From Octopus vulgaris (taxonomy: Eukaryota): a DNA stretch of 64,000 nt. This document shows positions 12,530 to 26,513 of this stretch, piece by piece. A program made the translations under genes and the position numbers. The notes under the pieces are model-generated. The model did not search any database and was not told the origin of the DNA. It saw only the letters and a list, made by a program, of their open reading frames with translations. The stretch spans positions 59,644,001 through 59,708,000 of the forward strand of contig OX597831.1 of NCBI GenBank assembly GCA_951406725.2, read 5' to 3'. Every line of letters begins with the position of its first letter. The first letter of the stretch is position 1.

Positions 12530-15250
12530 AAACACATCATTAAGATTATAATGTTTTGTACCTGTCTCGGTACGTCAGTGCGTTAGTGACATGTAACAGT
12601 GTAATTTGCGCCTAGAAAGAAGGCCGACAAGGTTGAATGAACATGTTTAAATATAATGAAGGCACTCTAATTTTAATCTTTCTGGTGGGAGAGTGGATAG
12701 GAATCGTTTGTATGTAGTGCACTGGCTCCAACTTAGGTTGTTAGCTGTGTAACTTGCCGATGGTAAGTGGCGGAATAAATTTTGTTCGTGAATAATTTGT
12801 GTATGTGCTCTGTTAAAATTTACTAAGTCTTGGTTTGTACTTTTGCATGAAAGTATGTTCTTTCTTTATCCGTGCTTCATCTGTAGTTTTCGCTGAACAG
12901 AAGTACAAAGGGAATGCCTGGAATTTACGAGACTTATTTTTCACGTGTCTATGTGACCACTCAGTGGAATCTATCTAGTACTAGCTTCCCTATTTGTTGT
13001 CAGTAAATGGTCAGTCTATTTCTTAGTGTAAGATTTGTGTGACCCATGTAATCTTCATTACGTCCTTGACATTTGATAGCATATATTAAATACTTTGAAG
13101 AAGATGTAATGTGGTATTTTGCGGTAAACGTTAGTCCTGATTTGAATTTGTTTATTGTGTCTTCAATAAGATTTATGCAGGCTCTGTAATTGTGGGGCTG
13201 CATTCTTTGTCTGATGGTGTAGGAATTATGGAAGGTAATTTAACTCTTGTGACTCTGAATGTATTTTACATTTGACTATTTAGTGTATTTCGAATTCCTA
13301 TTTCATTCCTGCGTCTTGTTTTAGTAGTGTGTCGTTCTGGTAGATAATATTGTAAGCCTCTCTCCTTTTTGGGCTACGTGTTGTAATAAACGCTTGATTA
13401 TTGGATGTCTGAAAAACATTTTTCGTTTGCCGCAGTTCTTCGATATTTATTGCTTTGACACTTTCTATTCCGTTGTCTATTAACATTAATGGATATTGTC
13501 CTTTAAGTAGTACTTGTTTTAGTTACTGGAGTCTTTAATTGCGAGTTTCAGGGTTTGAGACAACTGAGCAGATTCTTCTTGTTAGATTAATTGGGATATT
13601 ATTCTTCGTGTGTTTGGGATGAGATGAGGAGTATAGTTTAGAATCTGTTTTTAGTGAATGTCTGTTTTAATGATTTTATCTCTTTTAATGATTAGTATAG
13701 GCACAAATAGTAGTTGAGCTTTACTTTTTTTCCATGGGAAACTTAATATCATTGCTTATGTTGTTGATTAAATTTCTCACATCCATAAGTTGTTCAAATG
13801 TGTACGTTCATAGAATTAGGCAGCCATCTAAGTAACACTTCCAGTTTCGTAGTAGATATTTGTAGAAGTTCAAGCCATCTGTTAATTTAGATCGTTCATA
13901 CATCTGAACCTTCATGTATGTCATGACTAGATTGGCGTAAGTCGGAACAACTTTTGTCTCCAGATATTTGTTTGTAAATATTGTCTTCGAAATCAAAAAA
14001 TGGTTTCCTACGATAAGTTTTAAGCCTTCAGTGATTATATTCCTTTCAGTCCGGAATTTCCTGCCAGAATTTTTTAAAGCTAGAAATGTATTGCCTCTAG
14101 TCTATATTGGTGTGGGATTGTGGTATATATGTTTACCGCATCAAAAGATACAATAGTGGAATCTTTGTTTATGGATTTTGGGAGCTGTTTTAACATGACT
14201 TGGTATGTATTTCAGAATAGGTTTCAGTAATATATCTAAAAAGTTGCTCCATTGTGCGTGTTTCACAGTTCACACCTGCTGCGATTGGCCTAAATTTAAG
14301 GTCGGTGGGATAGTTATGTTTATGTAACTCGAAGTTGGTTCTTTACATGCTTTCTTAATAATTTGATTCTTAGGCATTTTTGGTAGACAATAGAAGTAGC
14401 TTGTCCTGCAATCAAAATGGGTTAGGTGGTCACAGCTTTGTCAAACCCTTTTGATGTCTGTGAATTAGAGCGTTAAGGCTAATCATTGTCTTTGATTTTT
14501 GGTAATTATTTATCGCTTCGTAGTGGGTCATATCTTGTAATATATATATAGTATATCTCTTTTGTAGTGTTCAACATCCAGAATAACTAGTACACCTCCC
14601 TTATCTGTTTCTTTAATTATAATGTCGTTATTGTTTCCCATTTCCTTCGACCTGTATTGGGCTTGATCTTAGGGTATGGAAGTTCTTTATAAAATTTATC
14701 TAAAGCTTTATTCTTATCTTTTGTAGGCTTGTAATTGCTCTTGTTTCTTACAATTGAATCGTCCCTGAATTCATTGTCGTACACCATTTTTCTGCTAGGC
14801 GTAGTTTTCTGCAGAACCGAGAAATATCGTTCTGTGTTTCATTGGAATTAGGGTGCTGCGGTGTTGGCGTAAATTTTAGGCCCTTAGACAAAATATTAAT
14901 TTCTTCTAATAAGGCAGCTTTTTTTTCGCTAGGTTAATTATCCCCGCTTTATACCATCTGGTGTCGAGAACTATGTCGGTTGAATCTAAAAAATGATTTT
15001 TCAAAGTTTTCCTTTTATATCTATTGATATATCCGAGGACATTTTTTCTCTTAACTTGTGGTCTTTCGTATAAATTTTGTACATTTGTTGCTCAGGATTG
15101 TGTGTGATTCTTTCTGTAATTGTATTTTAAGCTGATATTTTTTATACATGCATATGTCTTCCGTTTGTGGAAAAGTTGAGTCCAGCCTGAGGGAAAACTT
15201 CGATTGTTTGTACTTCCCAGAATGACCTTAGTCTAGTTTCTAACTTCATC
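12530..15250 (-). mobile_element. Degenerate Penelope-like retroelement (RT plus C-terminal GIY-YIG, Neptune-like); boundaries approximate
   Basis: Minus-strand motifs in expected order: INILSKGLKFTPTP (~14870), IIIKETDKGGVLVILD (~14600), SYFYCLPKMPK (~14390), LKFRPIAAG (~14290), TKVVPTYANLVM (~13940), WKCYLDGCLI (decayed YxDD, ~13830), KYLIYAIKCQGRNEDYMGHT (GIY-YIG, ~13070). Many stops and frameshifts. Confidence 0.88.
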
Positions 15251-16299
15251 AAATCTGTAAAGTTTCTTTTAATTAAAACTAAGTAATTACATTTATATTA
15301 TCGATATGTAAAAACTTCAAATAGATTGTTGTAAATTGTTTGATGTCAATTATTATCGTTGTTTCATTCGTACAGAAATATTTCTTACGTGTTCCCAGTT
15401 TGTTGGAGTAGAGAGAATGAAATATAGACGTTTGATTAGATCAGCATATTCTCGATAACATGTCTTTATAAATCGGCATGTAAAATATTTGCACGACCCT
15501 ATCAATAATTTGGAAGTTGGACTAACATATTTTTCACTTATCTATATTTCTATCGATCTAATTATGTGCTTATTGAAAATACGATTGCAAGGATACGCAT
15601 GATTATACAATATCGAATATATTTGGTATTACTTAATAATAAATGAAATTGAATGTTTCCATAAATGCTTATAAAGTTGTCTGAATATTTATTAATAGCA
15701 ATTTCATTTCCACATACTAAATATAAGTGTGCTATGTCGCCGTGTGCAACCTCAGATTCGTAAATATATACAGACAGACTCACGTTTAATATCTAAGATT
15801 CTCTACTGTTCATTGAGATTATATTACTAATTTACCATGTTCAATAAACCACAGACATAAAATACCAAATATTAGGCTCCATTATAACGATTGAAATGCC
15901 GCGTTGGTTACACATCTAAAAAAATTGGGTATGTGAAAAGACTTGATAATACGATATAGCGCTGAATATAATGACGGTTTCTAAACTGATTCTATAATAT
16001 ATAAAAGTATATTGAATTATCCCTTTAAATCACTGGACTACAATCTTTAAAGGGAACAGACGTTTACGATTTAGCCTGTAACATGAGGACCAGAAATACG
16101 GTGCAATATGTAGAAAGGTAAATGTGTTACAGAATAAACAAGAGCATGACTACAGATATATTAACACACAATTATCAAAGTACAGACATATTGAAGCGCA
16201 TGCGCATGGTCTGTCCGCACACACACACACACACGCGCGCGCATATATATCTATATTGGTTGATGAAACGAATGGTTTACATTATACGAGATATACAAG

Positions 16300-18280
16300 A
16301 ATTTATTAATCAGGACATTCTTTTCAACGCATCTAGCGTGGGTCACTCATGGGTGGGACACTCAACAACTGGTTCAGGAGCATCCGGTGGTGCAGATGTA
16401 TCTCGTCGGGTGTTAAATAGTCGTTAAAATAACAGTTCCGCAATATTTTGTAGAAAGAAAAACAATCAAACAGAGGAAATATCTTCATTTATATAGAAGA
16501 TCAAAAATTTAAAGAAAAACACAGATAGGGAAAAAAAGAGAAACGAACGCGCAATACAGTGAGAAAAAGTCTTTAAAATAACCGTTAACAAATATGGACA
16601 TATAAACGGCCTCGGGCAAGCTCCATGGCGCGAGTACACTCACTCATACAAGCATTGGCGGAAATGTGAGCATATGCACACGCGAGGGATAGTGCACTCA
16701 TAATCACAACGTGTGTCAACTATCTACTCGGTGTTTGTAAGAATGGGGAGGTTAAAAGTAAATTTAAATGACCCATACGTTAAGTAATTTAAAATACGTC
16801 CAACGGTTACTCAGAATTCATTCCAACTGCATTGTGCGAAAGTACAATTATATGCGTGTCGGCATCTCGAGAGTCTTTCAAAAATTCTATTAATGATCTC
16901 CTTAGTCCACAGAACAGAGAGGGATTCCTCGGAGCAGAGACAGCATTTCATAGAAATTATATTGTATGGTTTTGCGCTCTTTACTTTGGACCATGTTATG
17001 CTGTACTTCATCTTCTGCTCCTTCAGTCGCCATACAAAATCAGTCAAAGATGTTGAACGTCTCTTATTGATTGTCCTAAAGCTAGTGATATGGTTACGAT
17101 AACGGTTCTTAAATGAATCAGCCGTCTGCCCAAAGGAAACATACGAATCTCTCCTTGTGTGCACGGTACATTTATGCACAGAATTTCTACCCATTCTGAG
17201 ATTCATCGAAGAACATTTTGAATTTTCTCTGCATGAGCATTTCTCGCATTTATTTGCATATAAGGCAGTCCCCACTCCATTCACCGACGTTGTTGCTGTG
17301 ATGGTTGTGTCATAAGTATTTATACTACTACAATGTGGTTGTAAATGGTGTTTGTCATTGCGGTTTACATCTCCTGTGTTAGGATTTAGATGAATATGTT
17401 CGCTAGATCCAGTAGTTGGGTTATTGAACCATTTCCATATTTTACTATTGTTTATGCGATTCACAAGCTGCTCTTGGTTAGCAGAGTTGGCGTAGGACAT
17501 CTCCACGTTGTGCCGATTAAAATTTACGTGATACCGATTAGATTTAAGACAACATTTATCCAAAGCAGCAAAATATTTTCCAGCGACCTTGGTTGAAACA
17601 TGCGAATCGAAAATCAGGTTGAACCAGAGGATATCCTGATTCCTGTATCTGTTTTTATGCATATTTGTTCGGGTGTGTTGTACAGGATTGGAACAAGCAG
17701 TTACATTATTATGTAACGTGTGTCCATGACTTCCGTAGTTCAATGACATGAACTTCTTCCTGGCCTATATCCTCTATCTGAATAAGTTCTCAAACCGTGA
17801 CGTTCTGTTGGTGTACAATATGTATTATTATTGGAGCAATGATCAGTGTTGTGTATGCATGCTTCTTGTATACATTTAATTTTTTCACGGTATCCAGCCC
17901 TAGCTAGAGCACTATTATAAGTAGCATGTGATTTGGAAACTTTATTATTAGCAGATAATCTAGAAATTATTGGAGATTTATTCTTAACTACTCCCCATAT
18001 TATCGAGGGTCAATGTTTGGATACTACGTTAATGCCCTTATGATCATTTGGCTTATGAAATGGTCAAATAATCCATAATCAAGGCAGAAGTTAAGATCAG
18101 AAAACTTCACACCACGATAATCTTTACCCATGATAATGTTTTTTAAAAAGTCTAAAGAAATTTTTCCTATATCTCTCTAATAGTTCTTTGCTACATCTGC
18201 CCAGCCAAAAATACGACGTCATCTCTATATTGACCCCTGTTTACTTCCAGAAAGAAGACTGGATTAATGAAAGGACATAT
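16300..18280 (-). mobile_element. Penelope-like retroelement relic of Naiad type, 5'-truncated or interrupted; boundaries approximate
   Basis: RT motif GQYRDDVVF at ~18218-18235; FHKPND...SKH thumb region at ~18020-18065. ORF 16811-17749 has ILWFN..F...V.T..., FNRHNVEMSY, CSC...C, FGQTADSFKNRYRNH.TSF, TSLTDFVWRLK, KPYN...KCCLC.EE and RCRH. Confidence 0.85.
16811..17749 (-). pseudogene. 312-aa open remnant of the Naiad-type PLE linker and GIY-YIG endonuclease
   Basis: Uninterrupted ORF with Naiad-like CxC and CxxC cysteine motifs flanking the GIY-YIG core; the upstream RT is broken. Confidence 0.8.
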
Positions 18281-18412
18281 ATTCCGACAAAGACAGTGGC
18301 CTTTCTGGGTTGATGAAATAAATTACCAGTTCCTCACTGGGGTCGATGTAATCGTCTATAACCCTTCCCCCAAACTCTTCAAAGTTTCGTGTCTGGTGTA
18401 GAAATAATTATT
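18280..18412 (+). mobile_element. SINE family B 3' fragment
   Basis: aaattaccagttcctcactggggtcgatgtaatcg...cccttccccc...agaaataattatt, homologous to 36851-37082 and 42885-43080. Confidence 0.7.
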
Positions 18413-21166
18413 CATTAGATCTCGAGGCTATTTACATCAGCCATAGGATTAACTTATATATCGTTAGTCAATATAATCCTGCACTTAATTTCACACATAT
18501 CTATTGCTATATTACTTTAGCTCAAATGCAACTGTTCTATCCTTCTTTGCACCGGTCGCGTAACTGTAATCATGCATGCACACACGTTTAATCATACATA
18601 CAGATAATATTTAAAATTATAGTAAATTTTACCATTCTATCTCTAATTTTCTTAAGCAAAAATTAAACTTCTACGATCACCTCCTCCAACAAGTTTTGTC
18701 TTAATTGTTAAATCTCCTTTTTTTTAAATATCACTTAAGTTGGCTAGCTTAACTTACACTCGCTTTGATTGAGCCAAATTTCGTAGTCTTAAATATTTCT
18801 AATTATAACAATTATGATTTTCTTGAGGAAATCAAAGAACATTATCATTTTACCATACGATATTTCTTGCTGCTTTTAAATTTGTTTTTCTACATCTTTC
18901 CTTTGCACTTCAGAAATTGAATTCGTTATTAATTTATCATCATATATACGTTTAAAGTTTGCTTCAGACACATTTCAATTTTATTCTTATCTTTGAATCG
19001 ATATTCTATAGTAGCCACATGTTATTATTTATTCCACTTGTTATCATCTTGTATTTTGTCATCTCAAAAATGTTGTACTTCTTAAGAGAGGTGAAGACAA
19101 ACGTAATAGCTTGATGTGAATGTTTTGTTCGGTTTATATTGGCTTCCATCAAATACTTTTAATATATGTTTACGCGTTTCTCTTGAATTTTCAATAATGT
19201 GGATGGGAGAAATATATAAACTCACATATAGTACTCATTTGCTAACATTGCCAACCACAAAATGCTATCTGCTATTCCATGTATATTGAACATGAAAGCC
19301 AAATTTTAAGAATACGTATTGTTATGCCAGAAAGTTATGTTACAAAGGTTGAATAATAATTACACTTAAATATAAATTTACAATTAACCCCTGTAGTATG
19401 TCGATCACAACAGAACATAATGAATTAAAGGATTTTTTAAAATATTACATCAAAAGAATTTGTAATTAAATATTACATTTTAGATAGAATAGCAACCACA
19501 TTAGTTATTACAAACATTACAAACAAAACCTAAGGAATCAAAGAGCATTTTTTTTTAGATATCGAACCAGAATAATTAACATTTAAATATTAATTTGCAA
19601 TGGAATTTAATTTAATTCCATTTAATAACAATTCTGAACATTTCCAAGGCAGGAAAAGTTACTGCAATTATACATAAAATGTTGTATATTAATTCCAAGT
19701 GATCAGGCTCAAAAGTCATTGGAGTAACTCGTTTCAAATTACTCGTTCACTCATGTGGCAGTTTTTCCATGTCCGAGCGCACATAAGATATGTCCGCACT
19801 ATATATTGAAGGTTCTTCTTTGTTAATCCGTTCATAAAAGTGCATTTCGTTTCGCTTCTTCAAAATATACATTGCTTACTTGCTTTAACGTATATTGTCA
19901 TATTCTTATCTTATTTTACTCACAGATATGCATCATATTGTGCCTGACATTTTTCAGCCACATTATTGCGTTATCGAGTAACTTCGAATTGTTTGAGTTC
20001 ATCCTATTCAGTTTGTTATGCACCCTTTGTTTTTTTGCGGGTATATGAATCGCATGTGTCATTCCTAGTTTCCAGGTACTCGACGTGATAGTTCTTCTTT
20101 ATTGTTGTCAACGGCAAGCTGAAGTTGGTTGGAGTTTCACAATAACACAACAGGTTCCCATGCGAACCACGATCGTGCTACGTAAACTCTGACAATTGCA
20201 AAATGATTAAAACTAACAAAAACTCTACATTATATTTACAGTTTACGTAGTCGTCCATGATTATTTTCGAGACTTCGGGACTATTCAGCTATTAGACGTG
20301 TTCGTTCATCGGCGGGGAAACCTTGTAAGTGTTAATAAACGTACTTAACATATCAAGATTTCTTGCTCTGTATCCTGCAAATTAAAAACGATGCAACAAC
20401 GAATCTGGTGTAGAAAAGAGTCCCTAGAAATAATATTTCCCAGGGATAGTGTACATAATGTTAAGCCCCATGGATACGTATAATTTAAACCTAATTATTC
20501 ACGAGATGTTCATGCCACGCATGCTTCACATTAGATAAGAAACTGAATTTCAATTTCGAATTTGTGTGTGTGTCTGTGTGAGTGCAGTTGTGTTTGCGTA
20601 CATGTTCATGTACTGATAAGCTTGTCTCTATACAATCGTTTAGTAAATGAGAAATTATCTGCGTATATAAAACCCCCATAAGTTCGTCATTCCAGCGGAT
20701 GAGAAAGTAATGAGCAAACTGCTTAACATATTGTGTCGTAAAACATTGGGTATTTCTCATACAGCCGATACAAATTCATAATGAACATTTTAAAACTGAT
20801 AAAGTCAGGGATATTTTTGAAATTTTTTCTTGGGATGATAGGAATGAGAGCGCTAGCAATGTTAAAGGATGTCTGCTTGGCAAGGACAAATATTTCGATA
20901 TAAATCAAAATGAGTGAGATACCCACGATGTTAAGTGAGTTGTGGAATACCTTAATGTTCAAATAAAAAGCAAGGTTTAAAGTGTTTATTATAGATATTA
21001 GCATATAGAACGTCTGTATTAAATTTATATCATTAATGGAGATAAGAATACAATCTTAGTCAATCAGGGTTTTGAGATAAACTTCTGAAAACAAATTGCA
21101 TGAAGTGAAAATCCCTTCTAGGTTAAATGTAATTATTTCCCTTTGACCCGTTCCAGTTATGTCTAC

Positions 21167-21211
21167 ATATGCTTATGTATGCTTATGCTTATGTATGCTT
21201 ATGCTTATGTA
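21167..21211. repeat. Short (ATGCTT/ATGT) minisatellite
   Basis: atatgcttatgtatgcttatgcttatgtatgcttatgcttatgta. Confidence 0.85.
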
Positions 21212-22672
21212 AGACTTTCCATCACAGTTCAGTAAACGGGGATTTCCATGACTCCCTCATGAATTTCCTCTCATGTTAGCACGCAGAGCTACCCATCACT
21301 TATAGGAGCCTTTTGGGTCAAGTGATTTTTTTACGATGCCTCCCATCCTTGCCGAGTAACTTTTGCCTTGTGGTATGATCTAGACTCTTCTAGGAGCTTA
21401 ATTTTAATCTTGTATGATGTACTCTTTTATTTTAAATGCCATATATAACTGCCTAAAAATGTAACTTTTATCACCTGTGGGATCATCAATGCGGTCCAGT
21501 GATTATTGTGTCGCCTCGTGTACTCTAAAGTTATAGGGATGCATTAAGATATCGTACTACAGTTCTTACCTTATTGGATAATAGACGCAACAAAACAGGA
21601 ATATGTTAATGTGTTTTAACGTATATCAAAATTTGCGTTTTGAACAATAGTTCTTGAAATTGTTCTTGAAACGTTTTCAGGGGATTTTAGTAAGAGGCAT
21701 GACATGAAATGAAAGTGGGATGTATATTCATAGTATTTTGAAATATTTCAGTACCACATGGTTTCGCTATCATCGGTATAACGAATCTCGATAAATTCAT
21801 ATCTTCTGTTTATAAAATAAAGTTAGTGGATGACTAGTTCCACTAATTATAGAACCATTTATTGAGAAAAAAACATTCGCTTGCCCGTGATTTGTTTGTT
21901 TTCATACAACTGTTTCAGGAATACTCAGTCACTTACAAGAATTCAATCCTCACCGTCGGACAACGGAAATCCACCAACGAGCACTACCAAATACAGACAT
22001 ACCAATTTCTTTCGTCTTGTCTCTCTCACACACACACGAACATACAACATACACACATACACACATACACACATACATACAAGCACACACATGTATATAC
22101 ATGCTGCATATGCGTGTTGTCTTGTGTTTTATGGTTTCTATTACCTCATCTTTCCAATGAAACAGTTTGATAGATAAATGTACGTGGTCAAAAGTGTTAA
22201 CCTAAACCTAATATCACAGTAGCGGATTCAATCAGCTTCAAAATATATACAATAATAGATTATAATTCATTAAATATTCATATTCACAATCAAATTCTCT
22301 ATGCCAGCCTGAAATATCGTTTTTGCCAATTATGAATTATTCATTTGCTTAATTACTTTGTCTGTTATGTTTATCAAATTCTATTGGAATATTTGTTGGC
22401 AAATTTTGTAATTGTTTTGATGAACAAAATTCATTTTAAATTTTAATTTGAAGGCTAACTATATTTTGTACAATTATATTAACATATAAATTCACTTTAT
22501 TTTCAACATAACATAATGATTGCCAATATTTTTGTCTTCTTTTCTTCTATACACAATTGATATTGAGATGGCTGAAGCATTATAAAATATTCTTCGAATT
22601 TAATATATATATACGCATACAAATGTAACTAACCAGTTTACACGCATACGCACATATATGTATCTATGTATT

Positions 22673-22731
<59 letters not shown>

Positions 22732-24099
22732 GTATATATACATCTGTGCATATATACGTATACCTGCATGCATATACACATATATGATGTATGTGCGTGT
22801 ATTTGTGCGTGTATGTATATAGTTTTTAAAAATAACTCTATTGATAACTTAGACTACATTTGGGATGGAAATAAATTTATTACTCCTCGTTAATGTTTCT
22901 AATTAGATTTTGTTCCAAAGTAAGATATATATTTACAATAAAAAAAGTAGTTGTCAGGAACACAGAATATTTGAATTAGCAGAAAATAGCTAGTATGGCT
23001 ATAAATATTTCGGTAATAAAACAGTGAAAAATCTAATAATGCATTCGAAAATAAATGAGTTTCTTCCTACTAAGGATGTACATGCACGACATTTCTTTAA
23101 ACTTGAAATATCTACCTACTTTGAAAAGATTTGTCAGCCATCGTGTTTCTGTGTATTTTAGCCTGAGGGAAAACAACAATTTCCTTTATCTGTAATGTAA
23201 TTAACAGTTATAATCAAGTGTCTATTTGAATCAGAGTGGTAATTTTATTCTATTAGAAATTTCATGATTATTATATTTTTGACGAAATGCAGTACATTGG
23301 AAAAACGTTCAATTTTTAAGCTTACTTTCATATCGGACTGTTTTCCCCTTCACGAATGTCGATTTTGTTTTCCTTATATCAGCGTTTAACAAAAGAATGT
23401 AAGTTTCACGCTCTCCAGCTGTGCTGTGACATCCTCTTATATATGTCCCTAAAAATGCTATATTCTTTCCATCAGTCTTTTCTCAATACATTTTGTCAGA
23501 ATATAGAATAGCTAAACTGGCAGTCTACTGTCTCACCCATTGGACTGTAGTGATGCTTGCACACAGCTTCCAAGTGTTTAGTGGAACACATCGATGGCAG
23601 TATTTTAAACCTGAATCTTATTCCATGTGTCCCCTTTCGTTGAACTACAAAATTAGGAGTGAAACAAAACTAAGAACAGGAGTGGCAGAAAAAAGAGAAG
23701 CAACTCACACAAACGTATATTCATATAGAGAGTTGACGGGTGAAATCCAGAGATACTCAATATAGAAAACAAGTAGTAGTGTTCAAACATGTAGCAGTGC
23801 CCAAACGATTTGAACTTACACACCGAAGTATTTATCGAGGAATATTCCGGGAGGTAAAGAGTGGCTATAAGAGGAAATTTGGTGAGCCGATATAGTGAAA
23901 CAAATAAACACGACCAGGCATTATGTTTAATGTGTAAATGTACATGCCTAGCAATAAGATTGTCTTTGGTTGGGTTTGAGTTAAAAAGTCATGGTGCTTT
24001 GAAAATCCAGGAGACCCCCAATATTTTCCATCACTCTTGGATATGTGTGTGTGTGTGAGTCTGTGTAAGTCTGTGTACAATTTAATGTTAACGTAGTGT

Positions 24100-24599
24100 G
24101 ACCCCCTTCGGTCATGAATGACAATGAGATTGCTCCTAGAAAGTTACCCTCCGAGCCACAAGTCTGGGCAAGGTTGTTTATGGAAGACCAGCAGTCGTCC
24201 ACGCATACCAGACGCCTCTCTCCACGCCATCGATGTTATCAAAGGGAAAGGCAAATGCCGATACAGCTTGGCACCAGTGACGTCGCAGCTCATTTATTAA
24301 CGTGCAAGTGGCTGAGCACTCCACATACCCGTGTACCCTTAACGTAGTTCTCGGGGAGATTCAGCGTGACACATCGTGTGACAAAGCTGGCCCCTTTGAA
24401 ATACAGGTACAATAGAAACAGTAAGAAAGAGTGATAGAAAGTTCTGGTGAAAGTGTACAGTAGGGTTCACCACAATCCCCTGCCGGAGCCTCGTGGATCT
24501 TTATGAGTTTTCGCTCAATAAACACTTACAATGCCCGGTCTGGGAATCGAAACACAACCGCGAGTCCGCTGCCTTACCACTGGGTCATTGCGCCTCTAC
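24100..24599 (-). mobile_element. tRNA-derived SINE family C, tail type 1
   Basis: Minus-strand head GTAGAGGCGCAATGACCCAGTGGTAAGGCAGCGGACTCGCGG...GTTTCGATTCCCAGACCGGG (A and B boxes). Body shared with 57047-57302. Confidence 0.88.
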
Positions 24600-25165
24600 T
24601 CTTGATGTAGTACCTGTTATATAACTATCAATATCGTGAAGTAGTAAACGGATGGAATAAATATCTACCCGCATACCTCACTTCTGTAATCTGCCTCTCA
24701 GTGTGTTTCTCTCTATATATGCATTCACACACATACACACAGACAAAACGCAGGCACACACACACATATATATGTGTGTATGTTTATATATATTTATATG
24801 TGTATGTATGTATAGTTGTATTGGGTATTATTGAAATATGTGAAAGATTATATTAAATATTGTGTTAAGAAACCAATAACTAAATAAATAAAGGCAATAA
24901 AATCAAATCATGAAAATAATAGAACAGAGATAGGTTGCAAAGTATATTTTACCATTTCATACTATCAAAGGCTGTATAGACTTAATAAAAAAAAGGAAAA
25001 ATATTGGTTGCCCATGGTATATTGCGTATATTAAGCGGAACAATTTTCGATGCATTGCAGCATATACATGGGCCACATATAAAAAAAGTATTCGCTCTTT
25101 AATTCCTTTCACTTGCTTCAAAATATTTGCATATACAGACATTTTATTTACTCAAATACTTAATC

Positions 25166-25196
<31 letters not shown>

Positions 25197-25206
25197 TACA
25201 CACACA

Positions 25207-25238
<32 letters not shown>

Positions 25239-25280
25239 CATTATATATATATATATTTATATATATACATACATACATGC

Positions 25281-25316
<36 letters not shown>

Positions 25317-25451
25317 ATTATGTAGAATTTCCTGAAAAAGGTAGTAACGTCGTCCTATCCAAAACTGCCAATTTACTTTGGCAAATAGACTTTAGTCTTT
25401 GTCTCTCCCCCATATATATATGTATATATATATATATATATAGCTTACACT

Positions 25452-25645
25452 CCTATATTTAAAAGATGAGGAATTATGTACATCATTTACATTATTTATG
25501 TTATTTAAATTTGACGGGTATTTGTCCTCATCTTGTTTGTTGTTAATACTACGTTTCGGCTGATATACCCACCAGACTTCATCAGGTGTCTTGGGGGAAA
25601 TTTTAAACCTGGGTTCTCATTTCTAAGGTATTTTTCGATGTTATC

Positions 25646-25699
<54 letters not shown>

Positions 25700-25790
25700 C
25701 AGGTCACTGCCTGAAATAGGACTCAGAATCTTGTGGTTAGTAGCCTGCGCTCTTAACCACTACGCCACATGTCCACGGGCATATGGAGTA
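25452..25790 (-). mobile_element. tRNA-headed SINE-like element with an (AAT)n linker and a 3' hammerhead motif
   Basis: Head 25700-25774 minus: GGACATGTGGCGTAGTGGTTAAGAGCGCAGGCTACTAACCACAAGATTCTGAGTCCTATTTCAGGCAG; then (AAT)n; then a hammerhead at 25546-25590. Confidence 0.75.
25546..25590 (-). ncRNA. Minimal type I hammerhead ribozyme motif
   Basis: Minus strand: GACAC-CTGATGA-A-GTCTGG-TGGGTATA-TCAGCC-GAAA-CGTA-GTAT. Both conserved boxes are intact and stem II has 5 of 6 pairs. Confidence 0.65.
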
Positions 25791-26259
25791 TATATAGCCG
25801 ATGACCAGGTGACACGTAAAGGTATAGTACATCCAGGGAAACCCTCAAGCTGAATACTCTCAGGTCCTCGGCCAATGCCGGAATTTATCAGGTGTAGAAA
25901 ATCGAAGTTTTACGACGATAATAACTTAAAATGGATTTGGCAAACAGTAAATAATCCAATGAAAAGAAGAAGACCCAGAAAATGCCTTAACATATTCCTT
26001 ACAATTGTTTCCGTACCATCCCTATTTGCAACGTAAGTTTATGTAAAAATTCTAAATGAAAACTCAGGTAATGCTTGCGGTTGCAAAACATTAGAGAGAC
26101 GTGCATCGGAGCTGTGTTTTCTCATTATTCGTCCTTCACAGCTTGTTTTTAGGCATATGTCGGGAGGATTTAAAAAAGGAATACTTGAATTCGTGGATAT
26201 GGGGTTGAGTACGTGGGGTAGATATTACTGGGGTGGGGAAATGAAGAGGATAGATACAC

Positions 26260-26476
26260 CTAAGAATAAGGAGAAAGAGGAGGGGGAGGAAAACGAAGAG
26301 AAGACAGAAGTGATGAAAAGAAGAAATAGAAAAAGAAGAAAATCAAAAGAAAACGGAGAAGAAGGAAAAGAAGAAGTAAAAGGTAAGAAGAAATAGAAAA
26401 AAGAAGACAAGAACACGGAGGAGGAGGAAGAGAAGAAGGAGAAAAAGAAGAAGAAGAAGAAGAAGAAGAAGAAGAA

Positions 26477-26507
<31 letters not shown>

Positions 26508-26513
26508 AAGAAG
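26260..26513. repeat. Purine-rich tract ending in (GAA)n microsatellite
   Basis: GA-rich run, with near-perfect (AAG)n at ~26445-26513. Confidence 0.95.

Noticed and set aside
16325-16372. Possible hammerhead at the Naiad 3' end
   Set aside because: Both conserved boxes would have to be mutated (TTGTTGA, no GAAA).
20765-20913. Possible plus-strand exon (catacag|...|gtgaga, ~49 open codons)
   Set aside because: No recognisable protein similarity or partner exons; expected by chance in 64 kb.
25995-26112. Minus-strand GAAAC-AATT-GTA hammerhead-like 3' half
   Set aside because: No intact CTGAnGA box upstream; at most a decayed relic.
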